From the NCBI RefSeq assembly GCF_009914755.1, contig NC_060948.1: a DNA stretch of 64,000 nt. One strand, 5' to 3'. Both the position numbers and the translations under genes were made by a program. Positions 54,301 through 64,000 of the stretch are shown piece by piece (positions within the stretch are counted from its first letter, which is position 1; each line of letters opens with the position of its first letter). Source of the stretch: the human T2T-CHM13v2.0 reference genome, Homo sapiens. The notes under the pieces were generated by a model, which saw only the letters and a list, made by a program, of their open reading frames with translations, did no database searches and had not been told where the DNA came from.

Positions 54301-55149
54301 GTGCAATGGAATGGAATGGAATGGAATGCAATGGAATGGAATGGATTGGAATGGAATGGGATGGAATGGTGTGGAATGGATAGTAATGGACTGGTGTGAA
54401 ATGGACTGGAAAGGAATGGACTCAAATTGAAAGGGCTCGAAAGGAATGGAGTCAAATGGAATGGTCTGGAATGGAATGAACACGAATGTAATGCAATCCA
54501 ATAGAATGGAATCGAATGGCATGGAATATAAAGAAATGGAATCGAAGAGAATGGAAACAAATGGAATGGAATTGAATGGAATGGAATTGAATGGAATGGG
54601 AACGAATGGAGTGAAATTGTGTGCAGTAGAAGAGAATAGAATGGAATGCAAGTGAAAGGAAAGGAATGGATTGGAATGGAATGGAATTCATTGGAATGGA
54701 AGGGAATGTAGTGTAATGGACAGGCCTGGAATAAAGTGGAATGCTACGGTCTCGAATGGAATAAAAATGTATGGAATGGAATGCAATGAAACGGAATCGA
54801 ATGTCATAGAATGTAATGGAATGCAAAAAAATGGAATCCAGAATCATTGACTGGAAAGGCTGGGTGTCGAAAGGAATTGACTCCAAGGGAATGGAATCGA
54901 ATGGAATGGAAGTGAATAGAATCGAACTAAATCGAATGGAATGGAATTGATAGGAACGGAATGGAAAGGAATGCAATGATTTGGCATGGAATGGAATCGA
55001 ATGGCATCGAATGGAATGGAATGGAATGCAATGGAATGGAATGTATTAGAATGTAATGAACTTTAATGGAATGTACTCGAATGGATTCGACTGGAATGGA
55101 ATGTTCTGGAAGTGAATGGACTCCAATGGAATGGATTCAAAAGGAATGG

Positions 55150-58100
55150 AATCGTACGGAATGGAATCTAATGGAATGGAATTAAATGGAAATGAATCAA
55201 ATTGAATAGCACGGAATTGAATTGAATGGAATCGAATGCAATGGAATCTAATGAAACGGAAAGGAAAGGAATGGAATGGAATGGAATGGGCTGGAATGGA
55301 AAGGAATCGAAACGAATGGAATGGAATCGAACTGAAGAGACTGGAATGGAATGCACTGGAATGGAAGGGAGTGTAATGGAAGGTTCTCGAAAAAAATGGA
55401 ATCGAATGGAATGGAATTGAATGGAACGGAATAGAGTCGAATGGAATTGAATGGAATGGAATGGACTAGAGTGAAATGGAATCGAACCACAAGGAATGGA
55501 GAGGAATAGAATGGTCTCGAATTGAATGGAATCGTATGGAATGGCATCAAACGGAATGGAATGGACAGCCACGGAATGGAATGCACTCGAATGCAATGGA
55601 GTCGAAACTAATGGACTGGAATAGAATGGACTCGACTGGTACGGACTCCAATGGAATGGAATCGAATGGAAGGGAATCGAACGGAATGGACTCGAAGGGA
55701 AAAGACTGCAATGGAAAGGTCTCGAATGGAATGGAAATTAATGGAATGGAATGGAATCGAATGAAATGGAGTCAAAAGGAATGGAATCGAATGGCAAGAA
55801 ATCGAATGTAATGGAATCGCAAGGAATTGATGTGAACGGAACGGAATGGAATGGAATCCAAAGGAATGGAATAGAATGGAATGGAATCGAATGGAAAGGA
55901 CTCGAATGGAAATCACTCGAATAGAATGCAATTTAATAAAATAGGATCAAATGTAATGGAATGGAATGGAAAGGAATCGAAACGAAAGGAATGGAGACAG
56001 ATGGAATGGAATGGAACAGAGAGCAATGGTATAGAATGGAATGGAATCATCTGGAATGGAATTGAATGGAATGGAATAATATGAAATGGAATGGAATGGA
56101 ATGGAATGCCCTTGAATTAAATGGACTGGAATGGAATGGACTCGAACAGAGTGGAATGGAAAGTGTTGACATAGAATGGAATGGACTCGTTTGGAATGGT
56201 GTAGTATGCAATGCAATCGACTGGCAGGGAATCAAAAGGAATGTAATGGAATGGATTGGACTGGAATGCAATGGACTCGAATAGATTGGAAACGGAATGC
56301 AAAGGAATGGAATGGAATAGTATGGAATGGAATGGAAAGGAATGGAGTGGAATAGACTAGAGTGGAATGGAATGGACTGGAAAGCAATGGACTGGAATGG
56401 AACTTTCTTGAATGGACTGGAATCAAACGGAATGGAATGCAATGCAATCAAATGGCATGGAATAAAATAGAATGAAAGAGAATCAAATGGAATTGAATCG
56501 AATGGAATCGAATGGATTGGAAAGAATAGAATGGAATGGAATGGAATTGACTCAAATGGAATGGACTAGAATGGAATGGATTCGAATGGAAGGCAAAGGA
56601 ATGGAATCTATTGGAATGGACTGTAATGGAATGGAATGGAAGGGATTGGAATGGACTCAAATGGAATGGACTGCAATAGAAAGGATTCGAATGGAATGAA
56701 AAAGAATTGAATGGAATAGAACAGAATGGAATCAAATCGAATGAAATGGAATGGAATAGAAAGGAATGGAATGAAATGGAATGGAAAGGATTCGAATGGA
56801 ATGCAATCGAATGGAATGGAATCGAACGGTATGGAATAAAATGGAAGAAAACTGGCAAGAAATGGAATCGAAATGAATGGAGTGTTATGGAACGGACTCA
56901 AAAGGAATTGAATGTAATAGAATGGAGTGGAGTGGACTCGAATATAATGGACTGGAATGGAATGAAATCACATGGAATGGGAACGAATGGAATGGAATGG
57001 AAAGGAATGGAATCGAATGGAATCGAATTGAATGGAATCGAATGGAAGGGAATGAAATTGAATCAACAGGAATGGAAGGGAATAGAATAGACGGTAATGG
57101 AATGGACTCGAATAGAATGGACACGAATGCTCAAATTGAATGGACTCGAATGGAATGGAAACGAAAGGAATGTCATCGAATGGAATTGAATCGATTGGAA
57201 TGAAATCGCATAGAATGGAGTGGAATCAAATGGAATTGAATCGAAAGGAAAGGAAGCGAATGGACTGAAATGAAATGGAATGGAATTGAATGGAAAGTTA
57301 TGTAATATAATAGAATGGAACGAAATTTCACGGAATGGAATCAAACTGAATGGAATCAAATCAATGGAATCAAATCAAATGGAATGGAAAGGAATTGAAT
57401 GGAGTAGATTGGATTGGATGGGATTGGAATGAAATGTACTGGAAAGGACTCGAATTTCATGAAACGGAATGCAATGAATTGGAACGGAACGGACTCGAAT
57501 GGAATGGAATGTCATGGAATGGCATCAAATGGAATGGCATCAAATGGAATGGAATCGAATGCAATGGAATGCTATGGAATGGAATGGAATGCATTGGAAT
57601 GGAATGTCCTCTAATGGAATGGATTCGAGTGGAATGGAATCGAATATAATGGAGTCGAATGAAATGGAATTGAAAGGAATGGGATCGAATACAATGGAAT
57701 ATACTGGAATGTAATGTAATGAACTCGAATGTAATTGACTGGAGTGGAATGTACATGCATGGAATGTAATCGAATGGAAAGTAATCCAATGGAATAGAAT
57801 CTAATGCAATAAAATCGACTCAGATAGAGTAGAATGTAATGGAATGGAGTGCAGTGCCATGGAATGGAATGGAATGGAATGCAATGGAATGGAATGGAAT
57901 GCAATGGAATGGAATGGAATGGAATGGAATGGGATGGAATGGTGTGGAATGGATAGTAATGGACTGGAGTGAAATGGACTGGAAAGGAATGGACTCAAAT
58001 TGAAAGGGCTCGAAAGGAATGGAGTCAAATGGAATGGTCTGGAATGGAATGAACACGAATGTAATGCAATCCAATAGAATGGAATCGAATGGCATGGAAT

Positions 58101-61100
58101 ATAAAGAAATGGAATCGAAGAGAATGGAAACAAATGGAATGGAATTGAATGGAATGGAATTGAATGGAATGGGAACGAATGGAGTGAAATTGTATGCAGT
58201 AGAAGGGAATAGAATGGAATGCAAGCGAAAGGAAAGGAATGGATTGGAATGGAATGGAATTCATTGGAATGGAAGGGAATGTAGTGTAATGGACAGGCCT
58301 GGAATAAAGTGGAATGCTACGGTCTCGAATGGAATAAAAATGTATGGAATGGAATGCAATGAAACGGAATCGAATGTCATAGAATGTAATGGAATGCAAA
58401 AAAATGGAATCCAAAATCATTGACTGGAAAGGCTGGGTGTCGAAAGGAATTGACTCCAATGGAATGGAATTGAATGGAATGGAAGAGAATAGAATCGAAC
58501 TAAATCGAATGGAATGGAATTGATAGGAACGGAATGGAAAGGAATGCAATCATTTGGCATGGAATGGAATCGAATGGCATCGAATGGAATGGAATGGAAT
58601 GCAATGGAATGGAATGTATTAGAATGTAATGAACTTTAATGGAATGTACTCGAATGGAATCGACTGGAATGGAATGTTCTGGAAGTGAATGGACTCCAAT
58701 GGAATGGATTCAAAAGGAATGGAATCGTACGGAATGGAATCTAATGGAATGGAATTAAATGGAAATGAATCAAATTGAATAGCACGGAATTGAATTGAAT
58801 GGAATCGAATGCAATGGAATCTAATGAAACGGAAAGGAAAGGAATGGAATGGAATGGAATGGGCTGGAATGGAAAGGAATCGAAACGAATGGAATGGAAT
58901 CGAACTGAAGAGACTGGAATGGAATGCACTGGAATGGAAGGGAGTGTAATGGAAGGTTCTCGAAAAAAATGGAATCGAATGGAATGGAATTGAATGGAAC
59001 GGAATAGAGTCGAATGGAATTGAATGGAATGGAATGGACTAGAGTGAAATGGAATCGAACCACAAGGAATGGAGAGGAATAGAATGGTCTCGAATTGAAT
59101 GGAATCGTATGGAATGGCATCAAACGGAATGGAATGGACAGCCACGGAATGGAATGCACTCGAATGCAATGGAGTCGAAACTAATGGACTGGAATAGAAT
59201 GGACTCGACTGGTACGGACTCCAATGGAATGGAATCGAATGGAAGGGAATCGAACGGAATGGACTCGAAGGGAAAAGACTGCAATGGAAAGGTCTCGAAT
59301 GGAATGGAAATTAATGGAATGGAATGGAATCGAATGAAATGGAGTCAAAAGGAATGGAATCGAATGGCAAGAAATCGAATGTAATGGAATCGCAAGGAAT
59401 TGATGTGAACGGAACGGAATGGAATGGAATCCAAAGGAATGGAATAGAATGGAATGGAATCGAATGGAAAGGACTCGAATGGAAATCACTCGAATAGAAT
59501 GCAATTTAATAAAATAGGATCAAATGTAATGGAATGGAATGGAAAGGAATCGAAACGAAAGGAATGGAGACAGATGGAATGGAATGGAACAGAGAGCAAT
59601 GGTATAGAATGGAATGGAATCATCTGGAATGGAATTGAATGGAATGGAATAATATGAAATGGAATGGAATGGAATGGAATGCCCTTGAATTAAATGGACT
59701 GGAATGGAATGGACTCGAACAGAGTGGAATGGAAAGTGTTGACATAGAATGGAATGGACTCGTTTGGAATGGTGTAGTATGCAATGCAATCGACTGGCAG
59801 GGAATCAAAAGGAATGTAATGGAATGGATTGGACTGGAATGCAATGGACTCGAATAGATTGGAAACGGAATGCAAAGGAATGGAATGGAATAGTATGGAA
59901 TGGAATGGAAAGGAATGGAGTGGAATAGACTAGAGTGGAATGGAATGGACTGGAAAGCAATGGACTGGAATGGAACTTTCTTGAATGGACTGGAATCAAA
60001 CGGAATGGAATGCAATGCAATCAAATGGCATGGAATAAAATAGAATGAAAGAGAATCAAATGGAATTGAATCGAATGGAATCGAATGGATTGGAAAGAAT
60101 AGAATGGAATGGAATGGAATTGACTCAAATGGAATGGACTAGAATGGAATGGATTCGAATGGAAGGCAAAGGAATGGAATCTATTGGAATGGAATGTAAT
60201 GGAATGGAATGGAAGGGATTGGAATGGACTCAAATGGAATGGACTGCAATAGAAAGGATTCGAATGGAATGAAAAAGAATTGAATGGAATAGAACAGAAT
60301 GGAATCAAATCGAATGAAATGGAATGGAATAGAAAGGAATGGAATGAAATGGAATGGAAAGGATTCGAATGGAATGCAATCGAATGGAATGGAATCGAAC
60401 GGTATGGAATAAAATGGAAGAAAACTGGCAAGAAATGGAATCGAAATGAATGGAGTGTTATGGAACGGACTCAAAAGGAATTGAATGTAATAGAATGGAG
60501 TGGAGTGGACTCGAATATAATGGACTGGAATGGAATGAAATCACATGGAATGGGAACGAATGGAATGGAATGGAAAGGAATGGAATCGAATGGAATCGAA
60601 TTGAATGGAATCGAATGGAAGGGAATGAAATTGAATCAACAGGAATGGAAGGGAATAGAATAGACGGTAATGGAATGGACTCGAATAGAATGGACACGAA
60701 TGCTCAAATTGAATGGACTCGAATGGAATGGAAACGAAAGGAATGTCATCGAATGGAATTGAATCGATTGGAATGAAATCGCATAGAATGGAGTGGAATC
60801 AAATGGAATTGAATCGAAAGGAAAGGAAGCGAATGGACTGAAATGAAATGGAATGGAATTGAATGGAAAGTTATGTAATAGAATAGAATGGAACGAAATT
60901 TCACGGAATGGAATCAAACTGAATGGAATCAAATCAATGGAATCAAATCAAATGGAATGGAAAGGAATTGAATGGAGTAGATTGGATTGGATGGGATTGG
61001 AATGAAATGTACTGGAAAGGACTCGAATTTCATGAAACGGAATGCAATGAATTGGAACGGAACGGACTCGAATGGAATGGAATGTCATGGAATGGCATCA

Positions 61101-62290
61101 AATGGAATGGCATCAAATGGAATGGAATCGAATGCAATGGAATGCTATGGAATGGAATGGAATGCATTGGAATGGAATGTCCTCTAATGGAATGGATTCG
61201 AGTGGAATGGAATCGAATATAATGGAGTCGAATGAAATGGAATTGAAAGGAATGGGATCGAATACAATGGAATATACTGGAATGTAATGTAATGAACTCG
61301 AATGTAATTGACTGGAGTGGAATGTACATGCATGGAATGTAATCGAATGGAAAGTAATCCAATGGAATAGAATCTAATGCAATAAAATCGACTCAGATAG
61401 AGTAGAATGTAATGGAATGGAGTGCAGTGCCATGGAATGGAATGGAATGGAATGCAATGGAATGGAATGGAATGCAATGGAATGGAATGGAATGGAATGG
61501 AATGGGATGGAATGGTGTGGAATGGATAGTAATGTACTGGAGTGAAATGGACTGGAAAGGAATGGACTCAAATTGAAAGGGCTCGAAAGGAATGGAGTCA
61601 AATGGAATGGTCTGGAATGGAATGAACACGAATGTAATGCAATCCAATAGAATGGAATCGAATGGCATGGAATATAAAGAAATGGAATCGAAGAGAATGG
61701 AAACAAATGGAATGGAATTGAATGGAATGGAATTGAATGGAATGGGAACGAATGGAGTGAAATTGTATGCAGTAGAAGGGAATAGAATGGAATGCAAGCG
61801 AAAGGAAAGGAATGGATTGGAATGGAATGGAATTCATTGGAATGGAAGGGAATGTAGTGTAATGGACAGGCCTGGAATAAAGTGGAATGCTACGGTCTCG
61901 AATGGAATAAAAATGTATGGAATGGAATGCAATGAAACGGAATCGAATGTCATAGAATGTAATGGAATGCAAAAAAATGGAATCCAAAATCATTGACTGG
62001 AAAGGCTGGGTGTCGAAAGGAATTGACTCCAATGGAATGGAATTGAATGGAATGGAAGAGAATAGAATCGAACTAAATCGAATGGAATGGAATTGATAGG
62101 AACGGAATGGAAAGGAATGCAATCATTTGGCATGGAATGGAATCGAATGGCATCGAATGGAATGGAATGGAATGCAATGGAATGGAATGTATTAGAATGT
62201 AATGAACTTTAATGGAATGTACTCGAATGGAATCGACTGGAATGGAATGTTCTGGAAGTGAATGGACTCCAATGGAATGGATTCAAAAGG
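55150..62290 (+). repeat. Very recent tandem duplication of a 3573 bp monomer
   Basis: Shared variants at a 3573 offset: GTTGACATAG (~56165, ~59738), 1-bp deletion GGAAAGAATAG (~56519, ~60092), CGGTATGG, 10-bp insertion AATCGAATTG (~57021, ~60594), AAAGTTATGTAAT, GTACATGCATGG, GCAGTGCCATGG. Confidence 0.88.
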
Positions 62291-64000
62291 AATGGAATCG
62301 TACGGAATGGAATCTAATGGAATGGAATTAAATGGAAATGAATCAAACTGAATAGAACGGAATTGAATTGAATGGAATCGAATGCAATGGAATCTAATGA
62401 AACGGAAAGGAAAGGAATGGAATGGAATGGAATGGGCTGGAATGGAAAGGAATCGAAACGAATGGAATGGAATCGAACTGAAGAGACTGGAATGGAATGC
62501 ACTGGATGGAAGGGAGTGTAATGGAAGGTTCTCGAAAAAAATGGAATCGAATGGAATGGAATTGAATGGAACGGAATAGAGTCGAATGGAATTGAATGGA
62601 ATGGAATGGACTAGAGTGAAATGGAATCGAACCACAAGGAATGGACAGGAATAGAATGGTCTCGAATTGAATGGAATCGTATGGAATGGCATCAAACGGA
62701 ATGGAATGGACAGCCACGGAATGGAATGCACTCGAATGCAATGGAGTCGAAACTAATGGACTGGAATAGAATGGACTCGACTGGTACGGACTCCAATGGA
62801 ATGGAATCGAATGGAAGGGAATCGAACGGAATGGACTCGAAGGGAAAAGACTGCAATGGAAAGGTCTCGAATGGAATGGAAATTAATGGAATGGAATGGA
62901 TTCGAATGAAATGGAGTCAAAAGGAATGGAATCGAATGGCAAGAAATCGAATGTAATGGAATCGCAAGGAATTGATGTGAACGGAACGGAATGGAATGGA
63001 ATCCAAAGGAATGGAATAGAATGGAATGGAATCGAATGGAAAGGACTCGAATGGAAATCACTCGAATAGAATGCAATTTAATAAAATAGGATCAAATGTA
63101 ATGGAATGGAATGGAAAGGAATCGAAACGAAAGGAATGGAGACAGATGGAATGGAATGGAACAGAGAGCAATGGTATAGAATGGAATGGAATCATCTGGA
63201 ATGGAATTGAATGGAATGGAATAATATGAAATGGAATGGAATGGAATGGAATGGAATGCCCTTGAATTAAATGGACTGGAATGGAATGGACTCGAACAGA
63301 GTGGAATGGAAAGTGTTGAGATAGAATGGAATGGACTCCTTTGGAATGGAGTAGTATGCAATGCAATCGACTGGCAGGGAATCAAAAGGAATGTAATGGA
63401 ATGGATTGGACTGGAATGCAATGGACTCGAATAGATTGGAAACGGAATGCAAAGGAATGGAATGGAATAGTATGGAATGGAATGGAAAGGAATGGAGTGG
63501 AATAGACTAGAGTGGAATGGAATGGACTCGAAAGCAATGGACTGGAATGGAACTTTCTTGAATGGACTGGAATCAAACGGAATGGAATGCAATGCAATCA
63601 AATGGCATGGAATAAAATAGAATGAAAGAGAATCAAATGGAATTGAATCGAATGGAATCGAATGGATTGGAAAGGAATAGAATGGAATGGAATGGAATTG
63701 ACTCAAATGGAATGGACTAGAATGGAATGGATTCAAATGGAAGGCAAAGGAATGGAATCTATTGGAATGGACTGTAATGGAATGGAATGGAAGGGATTGG
63801 AATGGACTCGAATGGAATGGACTGCAATAGAAAGGATTCGAATGGAATGAAAAAGAATTGAATGGAATAGAACAGAATGGAATCAAATCGAATGAAATGG
63901 AATGGAATAGAAAGGAATGGAATGAAATGGAATGGAAAGGATTCGAATGGAATGCAATCGAATGGAATGGAATCGAACGGAATGGAATAAAATGGAAGAA

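Larger units (their letters stand above)
1..64000 (+). repeat. DYZ1: Human Satellite III, DYZ1-type (Yq12 heterochromatin) tandem array; GGAAT strand on +, ~18 monomers of ~3.55 kb
   Basis: Entire window is degenerate GGAAT pentamers (GGAAT, CGAAT, GGACT, TGAAT, GCAAT). Landmarks such as GGACAGGCCTGGAATAAAGT, GGACAGCCACGG and GCCCTTGAATTAAATGG recur every ~3.55 kb. AGGCCT starts at 1530, 5074, 8603, 12177, 15706, 19255, 22809, 26327, 29866, 33430, 36979, 40536, 44085, 47624, 51173, 54722, 58295, 61868. One HaeIII-type landmark per ~3.56 kb pentamer-derived unit is the established DYZ1 signature. The assignment to Y is from recognition, not a database search. Confidence 0.95.

Noticed and set aside
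21-63886. Hundreds of MEWNG/FHSIP-type ORFs on both strands
   Set aside because: Direct translation of the pentamer; overlapping in several frames with no sign of coding constraint.
1-64000. CRISPR-like or other repeat-spacer system
   Set aside because: No unique spacers and no cas or other genes; all sequence is pentamer-derived and recurs every ~3.55 kb.
1-64000. DYZ2 (AT-rich/Alu-containing) junction, inversion, L1/Alu insertion or telomeric repeat
   Set aside because: None seen; the GGAAT strand stays on + throughout and landmark spacing never departs from ~3.52-3.57 kb.
1-64000. A strict super-repeat of fixed monomer number
   Set aside because: Best-matching offsets differ by region (1, 2, 4, 6 and 9 monomers), which fits overlapping duplication and conversion events rather than one regular period.

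Overview
The whole 64 kb window is one uninterrupted, single-orientation tandem array of a diverged (GGAAT)n/(ATTCC)n pentamer satellite. It is organised into about 18 higher-order monomers of ~3.52-3.57 kb, each with one AGGCCT (StuI/HaeIII) site and usually one GAATTC just upstream. This matches human Satellite III DYZ1, the 3.4-3.56 kb HaeIII repeat of Yq12 heterochromatin. I see no credible genes, RNA genes, mobile elements, CRISPR arrays, DYZ2/Alu blocks or inversions. All listed ORFs (MEWNG.../FHSIP...) are translation artefacts of the pentamer. I found no new biological system. What is interesting is how the array evolves: recent tandem duplications, long-range copies offset by 4, 6 and 9 monomers, mosaic monomers, a recurrent 15-bp deletion, a hypervariable pure (GGAAT)n tract, and a fixed pattern of register shifts. 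All comparisons were made by eye and need a formal alignment.
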